64,000 nt of DNA from an uncultured Chloroflexia bacterium (GTDB taxonomy: Bacteria > Chloroflexota > Limnocylindria > Limnocylindrales > CSP1-4), in contig CAVVYR010000008.1 of NCBI GenBank assembly GCA_963752475.1, positions 256,001 through 320,000 of the forward strand. The letters are read 5' to 3'. A program made the position numbers and the translations under genes. How positions within the stretch are numbered: position 1 is the first letter of the stretch; each line of letters opens with the position of its first letter. Shown one piece after another: positions 38,054-47,582 of the stretch. A model generated the notes under the pieces. It was given only the letters and a program-made list of their open reading frames with translations. It had not been told where the DNA came from and searched no databases.

Positions 38054-38428
38054 ATGTGGGACGTGATCAAGGCCATGCCGCCGGGCGTGCTGCTGTTCAT
38101 GGGCTACTCGTTGCTCGTGCTATCGGTCCTCGGGCTCGGCATGCCTATCGTCATCGACCAGGCCATCGCGGCGCCGGTCTCCTTCGTCGGGATCGTCTGG
38201 ATGGCCCTGCTGGCCTATCTCATCTTCACCGCCACGCTGGTGCTCCAGAAGAAGCAGGCAGCCTTCGGCCTGGCCATGGGGCTGACGTCGTTGCTGCTCC
38301 CCCTCGCGGTCATCATGCTGTTCGCGCCAGGTGGCTTCGTGGTTTCGATCGCGGCGGTCGTGCTCTTCGTAATCGTCGTCATCGGGCTCCGCCGTCCGCG
38401 CAGCCGGGAGTGGTTCTCGGAGCCCTAG
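38054..38428 (+). CDS. Small four-TM membrane protein
   Basis: Four hydrophobic helices, C-terminal R.WF motif. Confidence 0.75.
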   Translation: MWDVIKAMPPGVLLFMGYSLLVLSVLGLGMPIVIDQAIAAPVSFVGIVWMALLAYLIFTATLVLQKKQAAFGLAMGLTSLLLPLAVIMLFAPGGFVVSIAAVVLFVIVVIGLRRPRSREWFSEP

Positions 38429-38441
38429 ACCGTGAGCATCG

Positions 38442-39407
38442 CTAACGAGTCGAGGTGTGTGCCAATCCGTCGACCTCATCCCACAGGCGTCGACGCTGTT
38501 GCGCACTGAGCCGTGTGGCCCGGAACCGGTCGAAGGGGCGGGCCCGACGATCGAGGTAGAGCCGCCCGAACGGCCGGTCGACGTCTTGGTCGGTCGCCAG
38601 CCAGGCGATGGTGTCGGCACCCTCGGCCGGGCTCCGCAGCCATGGCTTCATGAACTCGTAGAAACTGGGCAAGGACTCGGCAAGTCCCGGCGTGTCAGCC
38701 CAACCGGGGTGCATGGCATCGAAGCGGACGTGACCCTGGTATCGCCGCGACCACTCGCGCATCAGGGCCGTGGCGGCACGCTTCGCACGCGCGTACGCAC
38801 GAGTACCGTCGTAGGGTCCGCGCTCGAACTGCAGGTCGTCGGGTGGGAGCGGCTGGAAGTACATCCCACCCGACACGACCGTGATGACCCGGCCGTCGCC
38901 ACTCTCCTCAAGCAGCGGCAGGAGTCCCTCGATGAGCGCGAACGGCCCCACCACCATCGTCGCGAAGGTGGTCTCCAAGCCTTCTTCGGTGACTTGGCGC
39001 TCTTCGTTGATGGCTCCCGCGTTGTCGATGAGGACATCAAGGCGGTCCTCGGTTGCCAGCACGTGCGCGATGGCGGCTCGCACGCTTTCGAGTGAAGACA
39101 TGTCTGCCTGCACGATCGGGAAGCGGTCCTCGCCATGCTCGCGCACCAACTCGTCGCGTAGTGCAGCCAGCCTCTCGACACTCCGCCCTGCGAGCACGAC
39201 GCGCGCACCCAGCTCGGCCATCAGATCGGTCGTCGCCCGCCCCAGCCCCGAGGTCGGTCCGGTGATGAGGACCGTTCGACCGACGAGGGCGCCAGGGGGA
39301 GGGTCGTCCCAGCCATAGAGCCTTCGTCGGACGACGTAGCCGAAGGTACTGAAGCTGCCGGCGATGGTCAGCTCGAGCAACCCGTCGATCAGGTCACGCG
39401 CGCGCAT
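38442..39407 (-). CDS. SDR oxidoreductase (DHRS12-like)
   Basis: TGPTSGLG, DNAG, SGGMY, YARAK, MHPGWADTPG. Confidence 0.92.
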   Translation of the reverse strand: MRARDLIDGLLELTIAGSFSTFGYVVRRRLYGWDDPPPGALVGRTVLITGPTSGLGRATTDLMAELGARVVLAGRSVERLAALRDELVREHGEDRFPIVQADMSSLESVRAAIAHVLATEDRLDVLIDNAGAINEERQVTEEGLETTFATMVVGPFALIEGLLPLLEESGDGRVITVVSGGMYFQPLPPDDLQFERGPYDGTRAYARAKRAATALMREWSRRYQGHVRFDAMHPGWADTPGLAESLPSFYEFMKPWLRSPAEGADTIAWLATDQDVDRPFGRLYLDRRARPFDRFRATRLSAQQRRRLWDEVDGLAHTSTR

Positions 39408-39831
39408 CGAGCTCTCGCTGCATGCCCTCGACCACGCCCGTGCCGATGTTGTCGAAGTAGCGGCCCAGCAACGGCTCGATCAGCCCGAGCAAGCCGTTGA
39501 GCTTGAGCTCGGCCTCGTAGTCCACCCGGGTGCCAGCCTCGGTCTCGGTGAACGTGATGATGTCCTCCGTCCAGACGTATCGGCTCTCGCCCACCAGCAC
39601 CAGTCGCTCGGGCGCGACCAGTTCGGTGATGCGGTACTCCATGGAGAGGGGCGAGCGGAAGCCCTTGACCTCGAGGGCATAGCGAGCTCCGACCTCGGCG
39701 TCGCCCTCGCCGATCCGACTCGCAGAGACGGTGTTAGGGTCCCACTCAGCCTGACGACTCCAGTCGCTGATGTACGTGAACGCCGACTCGCGGTCGACGG
39801 GCGAGACCACCGTCTCGTGCAGCTTGGTCAT
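39394..39831 (-). CDS. SRPBCC/polyketide cyclase family protein
   Basis: AFTYISDW...EWDP, GARY, GTRVDYEA. Confidence 0.87.
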   Translation of the reverse strand: MTKLHETVVSPVDRESAFTYISDWSRQAEWDPNTVSASRIGEGDAEVGARYALEVKGFRSPLSMEYRITELVAPERLVLVGESRYVWTEDIITFTETEAGTRVDYEAELKLNGLLGLIEPLLGRYFDNIGTGVVEGMQRELDARA

Positions 39832-39855
39832 CTGAGTCTCCTGTGGGGGTTGCGC

Positions 39856-39889
39856 GGGTTGTACAAACATTGTACCATCCCTGTACATT
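39856..39889. promoter_or_regulatory. CarH-type operator 1 over divergent promoters
   Basis: TGTACA 39860, TGTACC 39871, TGTACA 39882 (11-bp period); embeds TACAAT (minus) and TACATT (plus) -10 boxes. Confidence 0.85.
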
Positions 39890-39914
39890 CAGCGCTATTC
39901 GAGGGGAACAAACC

Positions 39915-41195
39915 ATGGACGTCGCCATCATCGGCTCAGGGGTCAGCGGACTCTCGGCCGCGTGGGCGCTGCGCCAGGATCATCGCATCCGCATCTTCGA
40001 GCGAGATCTCCGTCCAGGTGGCCACGTGAAGACCATCACTGTGCCGACGGCAGCCGGCCCTGTGAACGTCGATACGGGTTTCATCGTCTACAACGAGCCC
40101 ACATATCCCTACCTTACCGGGCTCTTCGAGGAGCTCGGTATCGAAACCCAGCCGACCGAGATGTCTCTCGGACACTCCTGTACGTCCTGCGGTCTGGAGT
40201 TCGGCTCTCGGAAGCCCACCAGCATGTTCGCGCAGCCCAGCTCGATCGCCCGCGCCTCGCATTGGCGGATGATCGACGATATCCGGCGCTTCTACCGCAC
40301 GGCGCGCCAGCGGCTCGACGAAGACGCCTGGACACGCGAGACGCTGGCCGAATTCCTCGATGAAGGTGGCTACAGGAATGCTTTCCGCCACCACTTCCTG
40401 GTGCCGGTGGTGTCGGCGGTGTGGTCGACGTCAGCAGCGGAGATCATGGACTTCCCTATCGACTACCTTCTCCGCTTCCTCGACAACCACGGGCTCATCG
40501 GCTTCGGCAACGGCAAGCCGTGGCGCACGGTGGTGGGCGGCTCGATGACGTACGTCGACCGCATCATCGAGCAGCTACCTGATGACGCGCTCGTGGCTGG
40601 CGACCCGGTGGTGGACGTCCGGCGCGACGAGAGCGGCGTGACAGTGGACAACCTGTCCGGTCGCAGTGAACACTTCGATGCGGTGGTCATGGCCACGCAC
40701 GCTGACGTGTCGCTCTCCTTGCTGAACGATGCCGACGCGGCCGAGCGTCAGGCGCTGGGCCTGTTCGAGTACACCACGAATGAGGTCGTCCTCCACACCG
40801 ACGAATCGCTCTTGCCGCGACACCGCCGTGCGCGCGGCTCGTGGAACGTCGAGACCGACGACTGTCGCCAGCCCGGGAAGCAGCTGGTCATGAGCTACTG
40901 GATGAACAACCTCCAGCGGCTTGACACGCCTGCGCAGTACCTGACGTCGGTCAACCCCGGCGATCGCGTCCCCGATGACGAGGTCATCGTCTCGCGCCCG
41001 ATGTCGCATCCCAAGTACACCTTCGACACGCTCGACGGTCAGGCTGCGATCGGCGCGCTGCAGGGCCATCGCATGACGTTCTACGCCGGAGCCCACCTGG
41101 GCTACGGCTTCCACGAGGACGGCTGTCGGTCCGGCTTCCAGGCCGCCGAGATGATCGCCAAATCGGGCGTGCAGCCGATCCCGGTGGCAGCATGA
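39915..41195 (+). CDS. FAD-dependent oxidoreductase, COG2907 (UfaD-like)
   Basis: IIGSGVSGL, GGH, VDTGFIVYN..TYP, NHGL, GYGFHEDG. Confidence 0.92.
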   Translation: MDVAIIGSGVSGLSAAWALRQDHRIRIFERDLRPGGHVKTITVPTAAGPVNVDTGFIVYNEPTYPYLTGLFEELGIETQPTEMSLGHSCTSCGLEFGSRKPTSMFAQPSSIARASHWRMIDDIRRFYRTARQRLDEDAWTRETLAEFLDEGGYRNAFRHHFLVPVVSAVWSTSAAEIMDFPIDYLLRFLDNHGLIGFGNGKPWRTVVGGSMTYVDRIIEQLPDDALVAGDPVVDVRRDESGVTVDNLSGRSEHFDAVVMATHADVSLSLLNDADAAERQALGLFEYTTNEVVLHTDESLLPRHRRARGSWNVETDDCRQPGKQLVMSYWMNNLQRLDTPAQYLTSVNPGDRVPDDEVIVSRPMSHPKYTFDTLDGQAAIGALQGHRMTFYAGAHLGYGFHEDGCRSGFQAAEMIAKSGVQPIPVAA

Positions 41196-41950
41196 CAGCC
41201 GCCCCCGGCGGGCGCTCGCACTTGCTCGAGGGCAAGGTGCGCCACCGCCGCACCCAGCCGAAGCCCTACGAGCTGGAGCACGATGTCTTCTACCTCGCGC
41301 TCGATCTTGACGAGATCGACGAGGTCGACGCCCGACTGCGTCTCTTCAGTCGCGGCCGACGCAACGTGCTCTCGCTCCGTGACCGCGACCACTGGCTGCC
41401 AGGGGCAACCGACCTGCGGGCCGCGGTCCACGGCCACCTCCAGGAGGAGGGCTTCGACACCAACGGCTGGCGCATCACCTTCATCGCCACTCCCCGCGTG
41501 CTCGGCTACCAGTTCAACCCGGCCAGCTTCTACCTCTGCCGCGACCGTGAGGGCTTGATGCAAGTCGTCATCGTCGAGGTCCACAACACACACGATGAGC
41601 GCCGGCTGTATACGCTGCGGCCCGAGCGCCGCGGCAAGGCCTGGGTCGACGACATGGACAAGGACTTCTACGTCTCCCCATTCATCGACATGGACGCGCA
41701 CTACACCGTCCGCGTGCAGGACGATCCCGGTCGCGTGCGCATCGCCATCACCGAGACCGAGCGCGGTGAACCCCTGCTCACGGCGACACTCGTGGCCGAA
41801 CGACATCACCTCACCGACCGCAACCTGCTGCGCACGCTCCTGCGCGTCCCGCTGGCCACACAGAAGACGATCGCAGCCATCCACCTGCACGCGTTCCGGA
41901 TGTGGCGGCGCGGCTTCACCTTCCGCAAGCACTCCGAGGTGAGCCGATGA
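41192..41950 (+). CDS. DUF1365 family protein (UfaO-like)
   Basis: GKVRHRR, PRVLGYQFNPASFY, EVHNT, KDFYVSPF. Confidence 0.93.
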   Translation: MTAAPGGRSHLLEGKVRHRRTQPKPYELEHDVFYLALDLDEIDEVDARLRLFSRGRRNVLSLRDRDHWLPGATDLRAAVHGHLQEEGFDTNGWRITFIATPRVLGYQFNPASFYLCRDREGLMQVVIVEVHNTHDERRLYTLRPERRGKAWVDDMDKDFYVSPFIDMDAHYTVRVQDDPGRVRIAITETERGEPLLTATLVAERHHLTDRNLLRTLLRVPLATQKTIAAIHLHAFRMWRRGFTFRKHSEVSR

Positions 41951-43188
41951 GCGCAAGCTCCTTGACCACTCGGGCCGCCGGCCCCCTCGATTCCCTGCTG
42001 ACCCAGGTCTCCAGTCGCGTGGCACTGTCGGCCGCGTCACGCATCCAAGTGGGCAGCCTGAAGGTGATCCTGCCCGACGACTCGGTACGGGTCTTCGGCG
42101 ACCGTGACTCGGAGCTGCGGGGCGAGATGCACATCCACGACCTCGAGGCCCTGCGGCGCCTCCTCGTCGGTGGCGAGGTCGGGGGCGGCGAGGCCTACAT
42201 GGACGGGCTCTGGAGCAGTCCGGACCTGGTCGGCCTCATCTCCATGGCCGTGGCCAACCGCGAAGCGCTAGCGCTGTCGAAGGGCTGGTGGCGAACACCG
42301 GCCAAGATCGCCCGCACCATCGGCCATCGCCGCAACCGAAACACGAAGACCGGTTCGCGCCGCAACATCACCGCCCACTATGACTTGGGCAACGACTTCT
42401 ACCGCCTCTGGCTCGACGAGACCATGACCTACTCCTCGGCCGACTTCGAGTCGCCCGACCAGTCCCTCGCCGATGCCCAGCGCAACAAGTACCGCTCGAT
42501 CGCCGCGCGTGCGGGGATCGAGGCGGATGACCACGTGCTCGAGATCGGTACCGGCTGGGGCGGCATGGCGCTGTACCTCGCCGGCGAGCTCGGTGCCAGG
42601 GTGACAACGGTGACCATCTCCCAGGCCCAGCACGACCTCGCACGCGAGCGCATCCTCGAGGCCGGTCTCGGTGACCGCGTCGACGTGCAGCTGCGTGACT
42701 ACCGCGACCTTTCGGGCGAATACGATGCAGTCGTGTCGATCGAGATGCTCGAGGCCGTCGGAGCCGAGTACTACGGCGACTACTTCAAGGCCGTCTCGCG
42801 CTCGCTGAAGCCCGGCGCCCGCGCCAGCATCCAGGTCATCGCCTTCCCCCACGATGCCTACGAGGCCCAGCTGCAAGGCGCCAACTGGATCCAGCGCTAC
42901 ATCTTCCCCGGCGGCGTCCTACCATCCCTCGCGGCCATCCACGAGTCGCTCGAAGGCACCGGCCTGCTGCTCGAAGATGTTCGCGACATCCGTGACAGCT
43001 ACGCACTGACGCTCAAGACCTGGCGAGAGTCGTTCTTCGAACACCTCGACGATGTCCAGGCCATGGGCTTCGATGATCGTTTCGTGCGGATGTGGGACTA
43101 CTATCTCTCCATCAGCGAAGCCGGCTTCCGCACGGGCATGACGCAGGACCTGCAGATCGCCCTGGCCAAGAGCCGCGGACGCCCCTAG
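41947..43188 (+). CDS. cfa: Cfa-family fatty-acyl SAM methyltransferase (UfaM-like)
   Basis: GEAYMDGLW, NITAHYDLGNDFY, MTYSSA, LEIGTGWG, SIEMLEAVG, YIFPGG. Confidence 0.93.
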   Translation: MSASSLTTRAAGPLDSLLTQVSSRVALSAASRIQVGSLKVILPDDSVRVFGDRDSELRGEMHIHDLEALRRLLVGGEVGGGEAYMDGLWSSPDLVGLISMAVANREALALSKGWWRTPAKIARTIGHRRNRNTKTGSRRNITAHYDLGNDFYRLWLDETMTYSSADFESPDQSLADAQRNKYRSIAARAGIEADDHVLEIGTGWGGMALYLAGELGARVTTVTISQAQHDLARERILEAGLGDRVDVQLRDYRDLSGEYDAVVSIEMLEAVGAEYYGDYFKAVSRSLKPGARASIQVIAFPHDAYEAQLQGANWIQRYIFPGGVLPSLAAIHESLEGTGLLLEDVRDIRDSYALTLKTWRESFFEHLDDVQAMGFDDRFVRMWDYYLSISEAGFRTGMTQDLQIALAKSRGRP

Positions 43189-43205
43189 CGACAGGCGGAG
43201 ACAGC

Positions 43206-44645
43206 ATGCGCATCCTCATCGTCGGCGCCAGCGGATACGTCGGCGGCCGGCTGGTCGCACTCCTCGCGGCCGAGGGCCACCAGCTACGCCTCGCCAGCCG
43301 CGATCCGCGCGGCCTCGCCGAGCGGTTCCCAGAGACCGAAGTCGTGCGCGTCGACCTGCTCGACCCGGCGACCCTCCCAGCCGCCCTCGAGGGGATCGAC
43401 ACCGCCTACTACCTGGCCCACTCCATGGCTGGTGGCGAGAAGGGCTTCGAGCTGCGCGACCTGCGCGCGGCTCGCTGGTTCGGTCGGGCCGCCCGTGAAG
43501 CCGGTGTTCGTCATATCGTCTATCTCGGCGGGCTGGGTGACCCCACGAAAGGACTCTCGTCGCACCTCGCCAGCCGCCAGGAGACCGGCGCCGAGCTGGC
43601 CGCACATGGCGTCCCGGTGACCGAGTTCCGAGCCGCGGTCATCATCGGCTCCGGCAGCGCCTCGTTCGAGCTCCTGCGCAGCCTGGTCGAACACCTGCCG
43701 GTGATGGTCACGCCGCGTTGGGTACGCACGCTCTGCCAGCCCATCGCCATCCGCGATGTGCTCGACTACCTGAAGGGCGCCGCCGGACATCCCGAGCGAG
43801 CCGGTGTCGTGGAGATCGGCGGACCGGACGTGCTCTCGTACGCGGAGATGATGCACACCTACGCTCGCCTCAGGGGCATGCGGCGCCTGATGGTGCCGGT
43901 GCCCGTACTGACGCCTCGCCTGAGCTCGTACTGGTGCAACCTGGTCACGCCCGTGCCGGCATCGATCGCACGCCCCCTCATCGAGGGACTACGCAATGAG
44001 GTCGTGGTGCAAGACCCCGAGCCGGCACTGGCATTCGGTGTCCGGACCACGCCGTTCGAGGTCGCGGTCCGTCGTGCCATCGACCGCACCGACCGACACG
44101 CTGTCGAGACCACCTGGTTCGATTCGATGGGGCTTCCCGGTCGACCCGACCTCGCGCGCGACGAGAACCGAGAGGGCATGATCGTGGACCGGCAGCGACG
44201 CGTGGCTCGAGCGACCCCCGAACAGGCGTTCGCTGAAGTGGAGCGGTTGGGCGGGCATGCCGGCTGGCCGTCCGGCAACGCGCTCTGGCGGGTGCGCGGA
44301 CTGCTCGATCGTCTGGTCGGCGGACCCGGGATGCGGCTCGGCCGCCGAGATCCGCAGCGGGTACGCGTGGGTGATGCCGTCGACTTCTGGCGGGTCGAGG
44401 AAGTGCGCCCGGGCGAACTGCTCCGCCTGCGCGCGGAGATGAAGGTGCCGGGACGAGCGTGGTTGCAGTACGAGACGGTCGAAGCACCCGGCGGCTGCCG
44501 GATCGTGCAGACCGCGTTCTTCGAGCCACGCGGCCTGAGTGGCCGCCTCTACTGGTACCTGTTGCTGCCGGTCCACCTGGCCATCTTCAGAAACTCGGTC
44601 CGGGAGCTTGCCCGGCGAGCCGAGGTCGCTGCCGCAGCCGACTGA
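43206..44645 (+). CDS. Atypical SDR with DUF2867 (YbjT-like)
   Basis: GASGYVG, YYLAHSM, GSGSASFE, DFWRVE, LRAEMKVPGRAWL. Confidence 0.9.
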   Translation: MRILIVGASGYVGGRLVALLAAEGHQLRLASRDPRGLAERFPETEVVRVDLLDPATLPAALEGIDTAYYLAHSMAGGEKGFELRDLRAARWFGRAAREAGVRHIVYLGGLGDPTKGLSSHLASRQETGAELAAHGVPVTEFRAAVIIGSGSASFELLRSLVEHLPVMVTPRWVRTLCQPIAIRDVLDYLKGAAGHPERAGVVEIGGPDVLSYAEMMHTYARLRGMRRLMVPVPVLTPRLSSYWCNLVTPVPASIARPLIEGLRNEVVVQDPEPALAFGVRTTPFEVAVRRAIDRTDRHAVETTWFDSMGLPGRPDLARDENREGMIVDRQRRVARATPEQAFAEVERLGGHAGWPSGNALWRVRGLLDRLVGGPGMRLGRRDPQRVRVGDAVDFWRVEEVRPGELLRLRAEMKVPGRAWLQYETVEAPGGCRIVQTAFFEPRGLSGRLYWYLLLPVHLAIFRNSVRELARRAEVAAAAD

Positions 44646-44651
44646 AGCGAG

Positions 44652-46037
44652 TCAGTCTGCCCTTGTCGCGGCCTTGAAGGCGGCCAAGGCACGTGCTCTG
44701 CCCTCGGCCAGATCAACGATGGGATCGGGGTAGCCTCCGACCGGTACGTCCCACTCCCACGGCGCGTGCACGTAGCGGTTGGGCACGAGCTCGAGCTCCG
44801 GCACCCAGCGGCGCACCCAGCCACCCTCGGGATCGAAGCGCTGACCCTGGCGCACGGGGTTGAGGATACGGAACCAGGGCTGGGCGTCCAGACCCACGCC
44901 GGCGGACCACTCCCAGCCTCCGCGGTTGTTGGCCACGTCGCCATCGATGAGATGCGCCATGAAGTGCCGCTCGCCGATGCGCCAGTCCATGAGCAGATGA
45001 CGTGTAAGGAAGGAGGCCGTGATGAGGCGCGCCCGATTGCTCATCCAGCCGGTGCTTGCGAGCTGACGCATGGCCGCGTCGACCGTCGGGATCCCGGTGC
45101 TGCCTTCGCGCCAGGCCGCGACCGCGGCAGGGTCGTCCGCCTCGGTGCGGAAGGCTGACGCGAGCGGTGAGGGACCGCGTGGCTCGGTCGCCTGATGGTG
45201 CAGATGGTGGTGGTACAGCTCCCGCCAAGCGAGCTGCCGCGTGAAGGCTTCAGCTTCGCTGCCCAGCTCGCTCGCGGCCGACTCGACCTGCAGCGGCGAG
45301 AGCGTCCCGAAGTGCAGATCAGCGCCGAGGTGTGAGCTTCCCGAGCCATCGAGGAGCTCGCGCCCGCTGGCGTAGCTCGCGAGCCCACCAGCGATCCATC
45401 GGTCGAGGCGCAGCGCTGCGTTGGCCTCTCCGGACGCCGGCAGGTCCGGCGATGGCGGGGCCTCCCCTTCCGGCTCGAGCGAGCCACGCAGGTGTTCGGG
45501 AGCCGTGGGCACAGCCGTCGGTGCCGGCAGCAGCTGGCGACGCGGCTCACGCTGCAGCTTGCGCCAGAAAGGCGTGAAGACGGTGTAGGGGCGACCGGCC
45601 CCCGTGCGCACCTGTTCGGGATCGGCCAAGAGGAGGCCATCTCGCAGTTCCAGCGTTCGGCCCTCGCGCTCGAGCGCGGCCGCAACCGCGGTATCGCGCC
45701 TCCGTGCGAACGGCGTCACATCGGCACTCGCCAGCACCGCATCGGCGCCCACGGATCGTGCGACCTCGGGTACGACCACGATCGGGTCGCCGGACCGCAC
45801 CAGCAAGCCGCTCTCGCGTTCGCGGAGTGCGTCATCTAGCGCGACCATCGAACGGCGCAGGAACGAAGTCCGCGCGGGTGCCGCAGTCGCCAGCAGCCGC
45901 TCATCAAGGACATAGAGGGGAACCACGAAGCGGGCCGAAGCGATGGCCTCGGTCAAGGCCGGGTGGTCGGCGAGGCGCAGGTCCCGCCGGAACCAGACCA
46001 CCACGGTATCTCTGGGTCGAACCTTGTACAACGTCAT
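44652..46037 (-). CDS. phrB: DNA photolyase family protein (CPD class I-like)
   Basis: WFRRDLRLADHPAL, YTVFTPF, TGIPTVDAAMRQL, NRAR, DGD, GGWEW, NPVRQGQRFDP; TACAAT 7 nt before ATG 46037. Confidence 0.92.
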   Translation of the reverse strand: MTLYKVRPRDTVVVWFRRDLRLADHPALTEAIASARFVVPLYVLDERLLATAAPARTSFLRRSMVALDDALRERESGLLVRSGDPIVVVPEVARSVGADAVLASADVTPFARRRDTAVAAALEREGRTLELRDGLLLADPEQVRTGAGRPYTVFTPFWRKLQREPRRQLLPAPTAVPTAPEHLRGSLEPEGEAPPSPDLPASGEANAALRLDRWIAGGLASYASGRELLDGSGSSHLGADLHFGTLSPLQVESAASELGSEAEAFTRQLAWRELYHHHLHHQATEPRGPSPLASAFRTEADDPAAVAAWREGSTGIPTVDAAMRQLASTGWMSNRARLITASFLTRHLLMDWRIGERHFMAHLIDGDVANNRGGWEWSAGVGLDAQPWFRILNPVRQGQRFDPEGGWVRRWVPELELVPNRYVHAPWEWDVPVGGYPDPIVDLAEGRARALAAFKAATRAD

Positions 46038-46109
46038 GGCCAACATTGTACAACCCCTTGACGCGCACGCCAGAACGCCCTACTATTTGCGGTGTACAAA
46101 CCATGTACA
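46025..46109. promoter_or_regulatory. CarH-type operator 2 and divergent sigma-70 promoters
   Basis: TGTACA at 46025, 46047, 46093, 46104; TTGACG at 46058 (in 11-bp phase) followed by N17-TACTAT at 46081. Confidence 0.87.
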
Positions 46110-46125
46110 ACCAAGGACTGACCCG

Positions 46126-47565
46126 ATGACGAAGCACATCCTCAGCAGCCGCCACACCATCCCAGCCGATCTCGAGACCGTGTGGGACTTCTTCTCGCGC
46201 GCTGAGAATCTGGGCCGCATCACGCCGCGCCCGATGGACTTCCAGATCCATACCGACGAACCGTCGACCGAGAGTGGTTCGACGATCGACTACACCCTCC
46301 GCCCGCTCTTCGGGATCCCCGCCAACTGGCGGACGCGCATCGAGTCGGTCGACGCTCCCCACCATTTCCGTGACGTCCAGGAGCGCGGGCCCTACAAGTC
46401 CTGGGTGCACGAACATCGCTTCACCGAAGTCGAAGGCGGCATCCGCATGGATGACCGCGTCGAATACGAGATGCCGTACGGCCCCCTCGGTGCCCTCGGC
46501 CACCGGCTGGCGGTCGAGGCCCAGCTGCAGTACGTCTTCGACTTCCGCACCACTGCTGTCAACCAGATCTTCGAACCGGCCCCGCGACGCGACGACGGCC
46601 CTCCCTCCGTCGTCGCCGTCGCCGGTGGCACCGGGTTCGTGGGCGGTGAGATCGCCCGAGAGCTGCGCCGCCGCGGGCGCCGTGTCATCGCCCTTTCCTC
46701 CAGGGGTGAGGGCGCCCGCGGACAGCTCCCCGACGACATCGAGATCCGTGTCGCCGACATCCGCAAGCCCGAGACGCTGCGTGCCGCGCTCGAGGATGTC
46801 GACGAGCTGGTCGTCTCACTGGCCTTCCCGGGTCTTCCCGTGGAGCAGCCCAAAAAGGGCCTGACCTTCGACGAGATCGACGCCGGCGGCACCGAGAACC
46901 TCGTGACTGCCGGCCGTGAGGCTGGTGTCGGCTCCGTGGTCTACATCTCAGGCGCCGGCGCGGCACACGACGCGAAGCGCCATTGGTTCCGAGCCAAGGC
47001 CAGGGCAGAGGACGCCGTCCGTGGCTCTGGCATGCGCTGGACCATCATCCGGCCCACTTGGGTCTTCGGACCCGGCGACGTCTCGCTCAACCGCTTCCTT
47101 GGCTTCGCCCGTGTGCTCCCCGTCGTGCCCATGACCAACTTCGGCAGCCAGCAGCTGGCGCCGGTCTTCGTGCGTGATGTAGCCGAGCTCGCGGCCGACG
47201 CCTTGGTCGACGACGCCGCGGCCGAGCAGATCTTCGATATCGGCGGACCCGAGACGCTCTCGATGCGCGATGTCCTGCATCGTGCCATGGACGTTGCCGG
47301 CACCGGCAAGCTGCTGCTCCCGGCACCAGCCGTGCTCGTCAAGCTCGCCGCTTGGCCGATGCGCTTCCTGCCGAACCCACCGCTGAGCCCGGACGCTGTC
47401 GATTTCGTCAACCAGCCGGCCACCGTCGACGTCGAGCCGCTGATGCGACGCATGCCGCGAACGCTGACATCCCTGGAACAGGGGCTGCGAACGTACCTCG
47501 GTCCCGACCAGACCAGCGTCTCCATCGGGGATGCCACCGCGAAGGAGGCTGGACCGGCCGCCTGA
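46126..47565 (+). CDS. SRPBCC fused to an NDUFA9-like NAD(P)-binding domain
   Basis: WDFFS..NL..ITP, FRDVQERGPYKSWVHEH; then VAGGTGFVG, WTIIRPTWVFGPGD. Confidence 0.88.
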   Translation: MTKHILSSRHTIPADLETVWDFFSRAENLGRITPRPMDFQIHTDEPSTESGSTIDYTLRPLFGIPANWRTRIESVDAPHHFRDVQERGPYKSWVHEHRFTEVEGGIRMDDRVEYEMPYGPLGALGHRLAVEAQLQYVFDFRTTAVNQIFEPAPRRDDGPPSVVAVAGGTGFVGGEIARELRRRGRRVIALSSRGEGARGQLPDDIEIRVADIRKPETLRAALEDVDELVVSLAFPGLPVEQPKKGLTFDEIDAGGTENLVTAGREAGVGSVVYISGAGAAHDAKRHWFRAKARAEDAVRGSGMRWTIIRPTWVFGPGDVSLNRFLGFARVLPVVPMTNFGSQQLAPVFVRDVAELAADALVDDAAAEQIFDIGGPETLSMRDVLHRAMDVAGTGKLLLPAPAVLVKLAAWPMRFLPNPPLSPDAVDFVNQPATVDVEPLMRRMPRTLTSLEQGLRTYLGPDQTSVSIGDATAKEAGPAA

Positions 47566-47582
47566 GCGTCCATCCGAATCCC

